From: Octopus vulgaris
Lineage: Eukaryota
NCBI GenBank assembly: GCA_951406725.2
Contig: OX597817.1
Location: forward strand, 165,106,001 to 165,170,000
DNA length: 64,000 nt
Direction of reading: 5' to 3'
The first letter of the stretch is position 1. Each line of letters opens with the position of its first letter. Positions 14,782 through 27,739 of this stretch are shown in pieces. Both the position numbers and the translations under genes were made by a program. The notes beneath the pieces were generated by a model. It saw nothing but the letters and a program-made list of their open reading frames with translations. It made no database searches and was not told the DNA's origin.

Positions 14782-15211
14782 CTCTCTTTTACTTGTTTCA
14801 GTCATTTGACTGCGGCCATGCTGGAGCACCGCCTTTAGTCGAGCAAATCGACCCCCCGGGACTTATTCTTTGTAAGCCCAATACTTATTCTATCGATTCT
14901 CTTTTGCCGAACCGTTAAGTTACGGGGACGCAAACACACCAGCATCGGTTGTCAAGCGATGTTGTGGGGACAAACACAGACACACACAGACACACACAGA
15001 CACACACTCACACTCACACACACACACACATATACATATACATATATACGACGGGCTTCTTTCAGTTTCCGTCTACCAAATCCACTTACAAAGCTTTGGT
15101 CGGCCCGAGACTATAGTAGAAGACACATGCCCAAGGTGCCACGCAGTGGGACTGAACCCGGAACCATGTGGCTGGTAAGCAAGCTACTTACCACACAGCC
15201 ACTCCTGCGCC
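14782..15211 (-). mobile_element. SINE family A, full length
   Basis: Matches the other family A copies over the whole length. Confidence 0.92.
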
Positions 15212-15713
15212 TATACACAACTACAAATTTGTAAACCCGCTCTATCCCCCTCTCTCAGTCTTTCTCCTCCTATGTTGTAGTGCACAATGTTGTAGTGATT
15301 AAAGCTCTTCATGCTAAAGTCCAAAGATTCATGATTTTCAAGGAAAAGAGAAAGCAGTGTTACCGTTGTCTATGCTGATATATTTGCAGTATATTATGCT
15401 AGTCACCTGATGAGCTGAGTTTAATCTTGGGGTACATGGTATATTTAACTCTCAAGCATCAGCGGTGGAGGTCTACTTCACATTAGATTACGAGCATGTC
15501 CATATGCTAGTGGGCCCGTGTAACACATGTTTTGGGACCAGCGCTCTTCCATGTCCTATATGCATTAATCACAGGACTATTTTCTGCTATTTGACCCAAA
15601 ACATAAGCCATTAATGAATCTCGGTCCAGTGAAGACCAAGGAGTAGTGGGAAATAAGGCGTAACTCCGTACACTCTACAACACTTGAACTCCCGAGCTTC
15701 CGATTAATGCTTT

Positions 15714-15846
15714 TGCTTACCAACCACATGGTTCCGGGTTCAGTCCCACTGCGTAGCACCTTGCGCGAGTGTCTTCTACTATAGCCTCGGACCGACCAAA
15801 GCCTTTTCAGTGGATTTGGTAGACAGAAACTGAAAGAAGCCCGTCG

Positions 15847-15888
<42 letters not shown>

Positions 15889-15960
15889 AGTGTGTGTGAG
15901 TATCTGTGTGTTTGTGTGCTTGTGTGTCTGTGTTTGTCCCTCCACCATTGCTTGACCATC
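15714..15960 (+). mobile_element. SINE family A, partial
   Basis: CTTACCAACCACATGGTTCCGGGTTCAGTCCCACTGCG through GCTTGAC. Confidence 0.85.
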
Positions 15961-16176
15961 CTCCCCTCTTCATGCCATCTATGTTATCCAAGAGAAAAAC
16001 AAAGGGCAATACAACTTGGCACCAGTGACGTCGCAACTCATTTCTGCAGCTGCGTGAACTGGAACAACGTGAAATAAAGTGTCTTGCTCAAGAACACAAC
16101 ACGCAGACCGGTCCGGGAATTGAACTCACAACCTCACGATCGTAAGCTCAACGCTCTAACCACTGAGCCATGCGCC

Positions 16177-16180
<4 letters not shown>
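15960..16180 (-). mobile_element. SINE family C, partial (tail Y type)
   Basis: Head GGCGCATGGCTCAGTGGTTAGAGCG...GAGTTCAATTCC and body GTGTTCTTGAGCAAGACACTT. Confidence 0.85.
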
Positions 16181-16265
<85 letters not shown>

Positions 16266-17260
16266 CTAAGAGTATGGAGTAATGTTTCTAGCATTTGTAT
16301 ACACAAAGGTGTGTACTGTAGAAAGCATTCTTTTAATGATTTAATGACGTCAATCACTGGGCTGGTCAAAATGGTGGCGGAAGTGTTTTTTACTGTAAAC
16401 TCGAGTGAACCCAAGCCTTGTGCATGAAACTGCATAGAAAGAAGCTGCAAAAGTCCATACGATATACTGTATAGATAATCCAAAGAATCGTCTTTGTTAC
16501 ACGTTCGATGCTAAAATGAGAAAAATTTGACAAGTCAGTCAGTCACCGGCTGACACTCGCTGACGATACATCGATACATCGAAGAGGCCAGGGAACAGAA
16601 GAAAGAAGAAGAAAGAAGACATGCACCCAACACCAGAGCTGAAGACACCTCCGAAAGGGGGGGGCACGTCAAAACGGTAGAGGAGTAGGGGCCGAAACCG
16701 GATGTGGTTCCACCTGATGATGTCTTGAGCTAACTGGATCTTATAAAGAAGCTGTTGTGGTAGCAGACCACGAAGTACGGTTGTAATTCCTTCCTGCTTC
16801 AGGTTATTTAAAGTTAATGTTGCCTTCCAAATTGTGTGACTGTACGCGCACACACGTTTCAGATTAATGCATAAAGGGAAAAATGCGCACACGAAGGGTG
16901 CATTTTCAATGATGAAATCGAATTTATACTAATTGAATATAGTTAGTTGCACAGATATGTGTATCCTTTTGCAAAGGAGGATAAAATTTGAACTCGTGTA
17001 AATTTTTGCGCTTACTCACGGCAGATAGAGAGATAAATAAATAAATAAATAAATAAATAAACAAACGAGGGAGCATTGTTAAGGGTGCAATTACTTGCGG
17101 TATACTCAGCCACATACACTAATAATTCATTGAATAAGAGGTCCAGTGGTTCGAAAAACAAGGATACACACTCCCAAATTCGACGCACATACATACATAC
17201 ATACATACATACATACATACATACATACATACATACATACATGCATGCATATATAGATAC

Positions 17261-17313
<53 letters not shown>

Positions 17314-19144
17314 TTTATGTATGTGTATGTATATGTATGTATATATGTGTGAATGTATGTATATTCATATACATGCGGAGCATGATTAAATGAATAACAG
17401 GCATATATATCTCTGCAGTGCATACTTTTATCAATATATCATGTCTACATATTTTAGCGCTCATGCACAAATACATGCACATAGAAATGCACACGTGTGT
17501 CTATGTGCATGTGTGTTTGCGTGTGTGTGTGTTTGTGAAAAAAACGTATGATTACTTTTCATTGGCTAAAACATTCGCGTGCTTGAATCTTATCCTAAGG
17601 GATTAACACTCTATCTTTTTCGCTATTAATTCAAATTGGGTTACATAATTTTCACCTGTGCTCCTAGCGGCACCAAGAAATCCTTTCCTAACAGACTAGT
17701 GTACATGTTAGTCCTTAAAATCTGGTAAGTCTGACATAATGCAGAGACTAAAACGAAACACTGAATCAAATCGTTGGCATCTGTCACGTGATGATTTATC
17801 AATGTCGGCTGCTAAACGAGATTTCAACTATATAAATTTTTTTCTTCTTAATGAATTTATTAATTCCAATTTAAAGTCAGCAAACAGAAGTGGTATTTTC
17901 TACTTCTATTCTTAAGAAAACTTTTCTTCGTGTGATCAGATTTTTGTATTTAAAAATATGAAAATAAAGCAAAATAGAACAGAACAGACTTTCAAAACAT
18001 TTCCAGTAGAAGCCAAATTTATGTGCATATGTATGCGTCTGTGGGCGTTTGTGTTTATATAAGAGAATCTCTCCAAGAATGTTTTGCGTGCCTCTCTCTG
18101 TTTCTCTGTCTCTCTCTTTGTCTCTCTCTTTGTCTCTTTGTCTCTCTCTGTCTCTCTGTCCCTGTCTGTCTGTCTGTCTGTCTGTCTGTCCCTCTCTCAC
18201 TACTATCTTTCTGCTTCTGTCTCTCTCTCTTTGTCTCTTTGTCTCTCTCTTTGTCTCTTTGCCTCTCTCTTTCTCTCTTTGTCTCTCTGTCGCTGTCTCT
18301 GTCTCTGTCTGTCTGAACTGTCTTTCTCTCTCTCACTCTCCCTCTCTCACTCCCCCCTCTCTCTCTCTCACTCTCTCTACTGTTATATGCATCTTGATGC
18401 ATCCATGGCCGAACGATTAAGAAGTTCGCTTTCTGTGGTCTCGGGATATCGGGCTCAATCCCACTTTACAGGACATTAGACAAATATCTTCTATCAAAAC
18501 TTCGGGGTGACTCAAGCCTTAGAAGTGAAATTCAGTTGACATAATAGGTGCAGGCATTGATGACTGGTTAAGAAAATCCCTTTACATCCAAGTAGTTTCG
18601 GATTCAGTCCTAGAACGTGGCACTTTGGGAAATTGCCTTCAACTACAGCTCCAAGTGGACGAATGCTTTGTGAGTGAATTTTATTGATAGAAACTCTGTA
18701 TGTGTGTCCGTGTGCGAGAGATACAGATATAGATATATAGATAGATAGACAGAGAGAGAGAGAGAGAGAGAAACAGAGAGAGACAGAGTGATAGGAAAGG
18801 TGAGAGTATAAGAAAAAGAGAATATGAGAGTCTCGTAATGCGTGTATGTGTATTTAATATTCCAGCCTATATTTTTATATTTGTAACCGCACGTGTGTGA
18901 GTATATATCTTCATAAGATTACGCATCTACATTACACATTCTTGTTAAACGGAAGTTGCCATTCAATACATGCGTGTAAATGCACGTGTGCTTGAACATA
19001 CGCAGATATGCATGAGCGTAGGTGTATATATGCACGTACATATATATATATTACTGATGTCCTGTCAGGTGCAAAATTATAGGTTGAACATACATAGAGC
19101 TTCTTCCTGATAATCTTTCTATACCTCTACGCCAACTCCATTAT

Positions 19145-19379
19145 ACTCTTTTACTCTTTTGCTTGTTTCAGTCATTTGACTGCGGCCATGCTGCAGCACC
19201 GCCTTTAGTCGAGCAAATCGTCCCCGGGACTTATTCTTTGTAAGCCCAGTACTTATTCTATCGGTTCCCTTTTGCCGAACCGCTAAGTGACGGCGACGTA
19301 AACACACCAGCATCGGTTGTCAAGCAATGCTAGGGGGACAAACACAGACACACAAACATATACACACACACACACATAC

Positions 19380-19445
<66 letters not shown>

Positions 19446-19585
19446 GACAGGCTTCTTTCAAATCCACTCACAAGGCTTTGGTCGGCCCGAGGCTATAACA
19501 GAAGACACTTGCCCAAGATGCCACGCAGTGGGACTGAACCCGGAACCATGTGGTTGGTTAGCAAGCTACTTACCACTCCTGCGCC
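19145..19585 (-). mobile_element. SINE family A, full length
   Basis: Matches the other family A copies. Confidence 0.9.
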
Positions 19586-20890
19586 TGTCTGTATTTCTAT
19601 CTCTTTTTACCTTCTCTCATACATCTTGAACTGGTATCTTCTGACTATAAAGCATTAAAAATTAAACAACCCAGTGGATGGATCTATACAGCACACGAAA
19701 TTATTTGGTCGCCTTTACTTTTTATCGTTTCAAGATCGACAAAGTAAAGCAACAGTCAAGTACCGGGTTGATGCTATCGACTCCCAACCCTTCCCATTTT
19801 TAGTTGGTTGCTTTGCGTCTGTAAATACCTATACCATCCATTGACCCATCCGTGCATGCATGCATACATGTGTGCATCCATCTTCTTTGCTCATTACTCC
19901 TGGGACTGCCGAAAAGAAAGAGTCCTCTGGCATCTCGTCCATAGGTTTCTATCAGAAGCAACCTTCATTACACTGTCCAGATGAATTACCAAAAGTGACC
20001 ACCTACGACAACAAATATTATTCAGCCATCTTGTCCTTGTTCTCCCTATTTCGGCCGCTTATATTCGCAATCGTACCCTTCCATTCATTACCCTAAATTC
20101 ATGACCATAGGTTAAGATAGACACGAAAACTGAAGTGGGGAATAATGTGTAACTCCCTACACTCTACAGCTCCTGAACACATATATATATATGTATGTGT
20201 GTGTATATACATGTATATATATGTATGTATATATGTATACATATATACATATATATATGTAATCGAATGTCCCTCTCCATCAATTCCAGGCCCTGTACCT
20301 ATCGTAGAAAAGATTACTAATTAATTATAATTATTAATTTGTTTTGTATATTCTCTGTTCAAAACTAGCTGGGTTCTATTATGTAACATTGACAGAAACT
20401 TCTCTCTCATAGAGGAGATAGAGTATAATTTAATTTTGCTTGTCATAATGGATTCCTTATTGGTTTCACCGATCAATATTCAATTGTTTATCCAAATAAA
20501 TCGATATTCATGAAAATAGCGTCTACAGCGGCTGAGTATTCCGTTGGCACATGTGCGCGTGACACAATTCTGCACTCGAGACAAGGTTTGAACTTCAAAT
20601 TATAAATATAATCTAGAAAGGAAGCGAAGAATTGATTTCAGTACAAAAAAGTATCGATTTCAGTACATCGCTGGGTCATTTCTTCATTGGTCCTATAAGG
20701 ATTTCGACGGGATTTGAACGCAAAGTGAAAAGATTCGGAATGAATGCCAAAAAAGATATATTTTTTGTTCCGATGTTCTAACGATTGTGCCATTTTCAGG
20801 TATTCCGCTATTTATGTCTCTTACCCAATGCTACTTTCTCTGGTGCTATAGAAGAAACGTAACTAGAATTTTCTGAGACCTGTTCCATCC

Positions 20891-20964
20891 GTCCCAATAG
20901 CTCAAAGGTTTAGAGCACTGGTCTAGTAAACCAGTGGTTGTGAGTTCGAATCTCACTTGGGGCA
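20891..20964 (+). tRNA. trnT: tRNA-Thr (anticodon AGT)
   Basis: Cloverleaf: acceptor GTCCCAA/TTGGGGC plus discriminator A; D stem GCTC/GAGC; anticodon stem CTGGT/ACCAG with loop CT-AGT-AA; T stem GTGAG/CTCAC with loop TTCGAAT; T4 runs from ~20988; not followed by a SINE body. Confidence 0.85.
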
Positions 20965-21369
20965 GAATCTGCTAATTTATACTTCTTATTTTATTTTATT
21001 TCTTTTCAATGCGGTGCCAGAGTATGGCCGTAGTCCAGTGACTGAAACAAGTACAAGTAATTAAAAGTAAAGCATATTAATTTTCAAGTCGAGCTTAGGT
21101 TGCTGTTGATTTTGATCCCATCACTCTTAATCTACGAGATCTATAAATCAATGGAATTATGGTGCAAAAAAGAGAAAAAGATCTTTTTATCAGATATACT
21201 GTATCTATTATATAACAACATTATCAAATTAACTCGATTCATTTTTTATTGTTGTTTCTATTAAGATAATTGTTTACACAGGCTCTCTCTCCCATTTCTC
21301 TTCTTTCTCTCTCTCTCTCCCTCTTCTCCTCTCTCTCTCTCTCTCTCTCTCTCTGTGTCTCTACTGGTA

Positions 21370-21588
21370 TCTTGCGAATTTGTCTACAATTCGTCTACAA
21401 CAATTCATACACAGCAATTTATCTACAGATACAATTTATCTGCAACCACACACACACATACAAGCATACACATATACACAACACACACGTACATACATAT
21501 AAACATACAAACACATACATACAACTACATATACAACCTCACACACACACAAACTCTTGTAGACGAATTGTAGACGAATTCACCTAGA
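21370..21588. mobile_element. MITE-like element with ~30-bp TIRs around a CA-rich core
   Basis: GAATTTGTCTACAATTCGTCTACAA at 21376 versus TTGTAGACGAATTGTAGACGAATTC at 21557. Confidence 0.65.
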
Positions 21589-21789
21589 ACCCTCTCTATC
21601 TTTCTCCCTCTCTCTTCGTCTCTCCCTCTCGCTTGGCCTTTCCCTTCCTCTCTCTCTCTGGCTCATTAGTGCTAGTCGCTTTTGTTGTTGCTAGTGCTGC
21701 TGTTGTTGTAGTAGTTATTGCTGTTTAGCCCCAAAGTACATATTTTCAAAATTGTTCCAGCCGTGATCATCCCGTCGTACGACCACTAC

Positions 21790-21824
<35 letters not shown>

Positions 21825-23137
21825 TCTCTCTCTCATCATTTGAAATGACTTTGCTTAATTATCATCAAACTATCCAGCGTCCTTGTTCCTTTAGTAGAAA
21901 GGATTATTTTAGTTTTGTCTTCTCTGACTTTCATCGTCCTAAAAATTATATCACGTTCTTTAGCAGTTTCTAAATCCTTGTGTGTATGTACACACGTACT
22001 CACACACACACTTATTTTTAAAACTTGACACAACGCTCGTCGTTTCGACCATCATATTGATTGTCAAGTTCGCTTGATGATAACTGTATCACATTTATCC
22101 TTTCAGACAGACTAGTCCTACAATCTTAAGATAAACGAACTTTATCTCAGTTTTAGAAGTCACATGCAATACAGGCAAGGGTCTTATTGAAGGTATCATT
22201 TATCTCTCATGTGGTTTACGCTACGGATACGGGCGGGCAATAGTGCTCCGTGGACTCACTGATCCTATGTTATTTCAGCTTTTGTAAGTGGATTATATAT
22301 TTCAGGGTTAATATCAATCGATGTTGGTGACAGAGGTACGAACCATCTTCCATTCGGCTGGCAGTGTGACGTCTTATTCATTTGGACTTGTACGTACATT
22401 CCACCACCCTTCGTGGTATCCATTAAAGTAATATATCTGGGCCTAACTCAGTTGGGCGAAATATACAAACAAGAACCGTTTCACGACTTTTAACAAAGAC
22501 CCTAGTCTATGTTACATATTTGAGTAAAGTTTTATAGCTGGAGGAGACCGACAGAGCGGGGAGAATATAGAAATGTAAGCGGACTTGGTGAAAGAGGAAA
22601 AAAAAACCCCGAAGTGCGACAGTCAGTTATATAGGGAGGGAGTAGAAAGAGTAGCAGAAATGTATGGTGAGCTTATGGAGGGGAGGAAGGAGAAAGAGGA
22701 GAATGGTAAGGAGGAGCGATAGATAGACAGAGAGAGAAAGGTAGAGAGAAGGAGAGAAAGAGAAAGATAAAGAGAGAAAGTGAGCGAGAGTGAGTTATAT
22801 ATCGTTAATCTCCGCCCCCACTGTGTTACGAAAGTATCAGGTTCCATCTTCGCTCACATCACAATATAAATCATTCCAGCAACACAGCTTTCTAAGTGTC
22901 TAAGTATATGTGAATCTGCGTGTGTGTGTGTGTGTATGTGTGTGTGTATGTGTGTGTGTGTGAGGGGTGGGGTAGGGTGTATGTTTGATTGCATACGTTT
23001 GATTGCACATATGTCTGTTGAGATAAATATAGTAGGCATCCGCAAGTTCTGTTATGTGTATGTTTTACATATACATATATATCCACACCCAAACACACTT
23101 ATACAGACGAATATCTATAATATACATTTTAGTTTTA

Positions 23138-23312
23138 TTCTTTTACTTGTTTCAGTCATTTGACTGCGGCCATGCTGGAGCACCGCCTTTAGTCGAACAA
23201 TTCGACTCCAGAACTGATACTTTGTAAGCCTAGTACGTATTCTATCGGTATATTTTGCAGAACCGCTAAGTTACGAGGACGTAAACACACCAACATCGGT
23301 TGGCAAGCGATG
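23138..23312 (-). mobile_element. SINE family A, 3' half
   Basis: Tail and 3' body match the family. Confidence 0.85.
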
Positions 23313-23317
23313 AACAA

Positions 23318-23482
23318 AGAGAAAACACAACAACGCGAGGACGTGGAACAAGTATAGTGTTATTGGACGCTCAGGAAACGAAAGAAGGAAGATTTAACGT
23401 TTCGAGCGGAGCTCTTCGTCAGACACATAGGAAAAAGGAAAGGTCCAAGGAAGGGAGACGGAGAAAGAAAATCGCCAACGAC
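23318..23482 (-). mobile_element. Penelope-like short element with minimal hammerhead core
   Basis: Minus strand reads CTGACGA-A-GAGC-TCC-GCTC-GAAACGTT (23396-23422); homologous to 23570-23735 in inverted orientation. Confidence 0.65.
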
Positions 23483-23569
23483 ACACACACACACGCACAC
23501 ACATACACACACACACATGTATGTATTTATGTATATATATATATACTTTTCAAAATGTAACCACAGGTG

Positions 23570-23735
23570 AATCTTTGGCGATTTTTCCCCTCCGTCTTCC
23601 TTTTCTATTGGACTTTCCTCTGCCTCCTGTTTCTGAAGAAGAGCTTTGCTCGAAACGTAAAACCACCTTCCTTTCCTTCCCTGAGTGTCTGCTAATACTT
23701 TACATGTACCATGTCCTCGCGTTGTTGATTTTTTT
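23570..23735 (+). mobile_element. Penelope-like short element with intact minimal hammerhead
   Basis: GTTT-CTGAAGA-A-GAGC-TTT-GCTC-GAAACGTA-AAAC (23629-23663), with stem I GTTT/AAAC and stem II GAGC/GCTC. Confidence 0.7.
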
Positions 23736-23760
23736 TTGTATGTTCCTCTTGTTTCGGATT

Positions 23761-23840
<80 letters not shown>

Positions 23841-23959
23841 GTAGATAGATAGATAGATAGATAATTGTGTGTGTTTGTGTTGTAATAAGTGTGTATATGC
23901 ACGTATGTATGCGTATATGTGTAAGGTGGAGGTTATCTAACCAACTGAAATTTCAAACA

Positions 23960-24215
23960 GATGCACAGTCGAAGAAATCAATACCACAACATGCAAAGCC
24001 ATGACAACATCCAGGAAAAAAAACCTTACAAATGTGTCACGAAGGAACAAAGTACTTAATACAAAGTTAAAGACAGCATCTACGGTGCATGTGTCCTCAC
24101 AACGTTGCTTTTAGATTCTCAAAATCGAAATCTCATTTCTAACAAATAAATGATGATCTCCCTTCATTCACGCTGTCTCCATAAAATCTTACCCATCTCT
24201 TAAGATAAGCCTTCC
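23960..24215 (+). pseudogene. Decayed RTE-clade LINE fragment (region C-terminal to the RT)
   Basis: Translates as KVKDSIYGACVLTTLLL...ISLHSRCLHKILPIS*DK, resembling the RTE motif K.VY.ACVL.TLLYG...FH.RCLR.IL.I.W.DK. Confidence 0.6.
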
Positions 24216-24348
24216 TCTCCATACCGACTGTTGTTGACAATGTTTCTACTTGTATCAGTAGCGATTGGAATTTTCCCTACATAACAGTTTTCCTCTGTGG
24301 TTCCGGTGACAGATTTGCTAGCCCACCAATCATTCTTCTTTCAGATCC

Positions 24349-24823
24349 GGATTTTGATAGTTTGAGGCTTTCTGCCAATTCCCGGGTTATGCAACGTGGA
24401 TTATTCCCAATTAATGACTTGATTTGGTCATCATCCGTAGTGGATGGTCTGCCTGATTGCTCTTTATCAATAAGGCTGCAATCTCCAGCTCGGAACCTTG
24501 CGAACCACTTCCGTACAGTTTTTTTCGGATAAAGAAACATCACCGTAAACTGCGCATTTTTCTTTGGTTGCTTGTAAGGCATTTTTCCCTTAACGGAAAA
24601 AGAAAAGCATCAAGTGCCAAAAATTAACTTTCTTATCTTCCATTTTAAAGGGTTACAGAATTAACACAGGTTATGGGAACATATACTTTCTTCCACGAAA
24701 AGATAGCTTAAACTGTGCTCTAAATGGAGGTGTAGTCAAATCCTATTTTATGGACTCAACCATGTTCTAAAATAAGTTGAAAGGTAAGCTACTATAAATC
24801 GGCACGAACTTTCCGGACGACTC

Positions 24824-24825
<2 letters not shown>
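24349..24825 (-). mobile_element. Mariner transposon 5' half: TIR plus degenerate transposase N-terminus
   Basis: TIR TA|TTGAGTCGTCCGGAAAGTTCGTGCCGATTT; ATG at 24643 MEDKKVNFWHLMLFFFR*GKNA..., frameshift, then TVRKWFARFRAGDCSLIDKEQSGRPSTTDDDQIKSLIGNNPRCITRELAESL (mariner HTH with WF.RF.G and SGRP motifs). Confidence 0.9.
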
Positions 24826-24880
<55 letters not shown>

Positions 24881-25509
24881 AAGAAGAAGAAGAAGAAGAA
24901 GAAGAAGAAGAAGAAGAAGAAGAAGAAGAAGAAGAAGAAGAAATCAAACAAAAACTAGGAAGAAAAATAAATGAAGCCTAAACAAACAACCCTTATACTA
25001 TAACTCCTACACCTTACAATGTGTAACCCTCTAAGCAACCCCTGTATTCCAACATTACGAGTCCCACGAATAAAAAGAAATCTAAAGATTTGCTTATCTG
25101 GTGTTGGAGATCTATGTGTGAAGGAAGCAAAATATAAACTAACATGTTATGGCAATTCTGTACAAATGTATGAAGGGAGTAAGAAGCGGAGGAAGAGGAG
25201 GTGGCGTGAGAGAGAACGAGGGAGAGAGAGAGATAGAGAGATAGAGAGAGAGAGAGTGAGAGATAGATAGATAGATAGAGATAGATAGATAGAGAGAGAG
25301 AGAGTGAGAGAGAGAGATAGAGAGAAGGATAGTGTGTATGTGTGCGATGAAGAATTAGTTCGGTCCTTTGGTTCATTAACTATGCCCATAGCACTTGTAG
25401 AGGGATGGCTTAAAGATCACTGACAGAGGAGGGTGAAGGGTGAAAAACAGTGGCTGATTTATTTTTTTAGGGGCAGCTGATCATTTTAGGGGCACACGTA
25501 TGCCTTTTG

Positions 25510-26005
25510 TCTTTTATCTTTTCTTCATTTCAGTCATTAAACTGCGGCCATACTGGGGCCCTACCTTGACGAAATTTTGGTCGAATAAATCGACCCCTGT
25601 ACTTATTTTTGTTATGTATTCTATTGGGCTCTTTTGCCAAACCGCTAAGTTACGGGGATATAAGCATACCAATACCATTCGTGAAGTGGTCGCAGGGGAC
25701 AAACACACACATATACACTCACTCACGCACAAATACACACACAGGCACACACTTACACACACACTCACACACTCACACACATACGCTCACACAAACGCCC
25801 GCGCACAAATACTCACGCTCACACACAGACACACACACACATATACGGCGAGATTCTTTCAGTTTCCGTCTACCAAATCCATACACAACGCATTGGTTTG
25901 GCTGAAGCTACAGTAGAAGACGCTTGCCCATGGTGCTACACTGCGTGCGGGTCTGAACCCAAAACCATGTGGTTGGGAAGCAAACTTCTTACCACGCAGC
26001 CACGG
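25510..26005 (-). mobile_element. SINE family A, older diverged copy
   Basis: Recognisable head, body and tail with many substitutions. Confidence 0.8.
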
Positions 26006-26151
26006 TTATACATGTGTGCTTAAGTAGCTCGTTTTGCAACCATATACTTCGGGTTCAGTCCCACTGCTCAGCATCTGGCGTATCTTCTATCGTAGTCCCA
26101 CGTTCACTAATGTCCGATATATAACTTTACATCTATTTCGGTATTTATAAA

Positions 26152-26388
26152 GGCGGCGAGCTGGCAGAAATGTTAGCACTCCGGGCAAAATGTTTAGCGG
26201 TATTTCGCCTGTCGTTACGTTCTGAGTTCAAATTCCGCCGAGGTCGACTTTGCCTTTCATCCTTTCGGGATCGATAAATTAAATACCAGTTACGCACTGG
26301 GGTCGATATAATCGACTTAATACCTATGTCTGTCCTTGTTTGTCTTCTCTGTGTTTAGCCCCTTGTGGGTAGTAAAGAAATAGGTATT
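26152..26388 (+). mobile_element. SINE family B monomer ending in the multimer junction
   Basis: GGCGGCGAGCTGGCAG...AAAGAAATA|GGTATTT. Confidence 0.88.
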
Positions 26389-26448
26389 TATATGTGTGTG
26401 CATAATATCTGTGCATGCATGCCTCTGTATGTGTGTATATATATACAT

Positions 26449-26496
<48 letters not shown>

Positions 26497-27081
26497 CATA
26501 TACATGCTCATACTAGACCCGATTTAGGCTCCTCATATGTATGCATAAATGTGCGTGTCTCTCGTTCTATTTAATACTCATTTATCTATGTACTATCCGT
26601 TTATTGGACATCCGATACCATATCACTATTCATAACTACATACACATTCATACATGTCTACTTCCGGGTGTAGAGAATGACTCTGATAGAACTACAGTTA
26701 CGTAGGACAGTTGAATTGCATAACATTGCCATGGTCTAATAAATTTGTCTAGGTTTGGCTCCTTAAAGATTCAGTGTTCTGAAGTGAACAGGATGGTGCT
26801 GTATCTTTGCATCCTTCAGGACTTATTAAACCAACTTAGCTAATCTGGAAATCAAACATATCAATGGGAACAAAAGCAAACCGAATAATAAATACGAATA
26901 TCATAAAATCCCATCTTTGACTCACGTCACGTGCGTCCTCCTTTGCATACAAATATGCGGACAATGTTCTAGAAATAATAGCAAAGTTTCCTCGAGCTGC
27001 ACCCTACAAATTTAGAAGGAAATACTCATTACATAGTTTAATCATAAGTCTCATGAAAGAGCCAACCTAAGTTTAAACAAT

Positions 27082-27277
27082 TAAAATGTGAGTCAATGAA
27101 GACGACCTGTTAGAAAAAGCAGCTTCATCTACAATGAAATTTTAATTCTTATGAAAAGGGTAACCAACTAAAATGTGAGTCAATGAAGACGACCTGTTAG
27201 AAAAAGCAGCTTCATCTACAATGAAATTTTAATTCTTATGAAAAGGGTAACCAACTAAAATGTGAGTCAAAGAAGAC
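27082..27277. repeat. Recent 87-bp tandem duplication (~2.2 copies)
   Basis: TAAAATGTGAGTCAA recurs at 27082, 27169 and 27256; the first two units look identical. Confidence 0.9.
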
Positions 27278-27424
27278 CCCTGTATGAGATCGCTCGGCCT
27301 TTTAGAAATAGCAGTCCAATCTTCTTAAAGTCGCTCTCTGACATTTTTAAAAGCGAAGGACCTATTAGACAATGTAATCGTAAGTCTTGTGAATAACCAG
27401 ACTTAAGGCTAAATAACAAAAATA

Positions 27425-27610
27425 TATTTCTTTACTGCCCACAAGGGGCTAAACATAGAGGGGACAAACAAGGTCAGACAAAGGGATTAAGTCGATTACA
27501 TCGACCCCAATGCGAAACTGGTACTTATTTATCGACCCCGAACGTAATGGCAGACGAAATACCGCTCGGCATTTCGCCCGGCGTGCTAACGTTTCTGCCA
27601 GCTCGCCGCC
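27425..27610 (-). mobile_element. SINE family B, internally deleted, with 16-bp TSD
   Basis: Flanked by CTAAATAACAAAAATA at 27409 and 27610. Confidence 0.85.
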
Positions 27611-27739
27611 TAAATAACAAAAATAGAAGATGCCTGTATGTGATCGCGCGACCAGCCGAAGACACTTGTCCATGGTGTCACGCGGTGGGACTGAACGCGG
27701 AACCATGTGGTTGGGAAGCAAGCTTCTTTCCTACTCAAG

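Noticed and set aside
15404-15470. CTGATGA followed by a GCTGA...TCAGC stem
   Set aside because: No GAAA or stem III after the stem, so not a hammerhead.
15620-20180. Shared motif GTGGG(A/G)AATAA...GTAACTCC.TACACTCTACA at ~15645 and ~20135
   Set aside because: Most simply two fragments of an old interspersed repeat; boundaries cannot be defined.
26780-26880. ANLEIKHINGNK resembling a Gypsy RNase H end
   Set aside because: Too short, with no flanking RT or integrase motifs.
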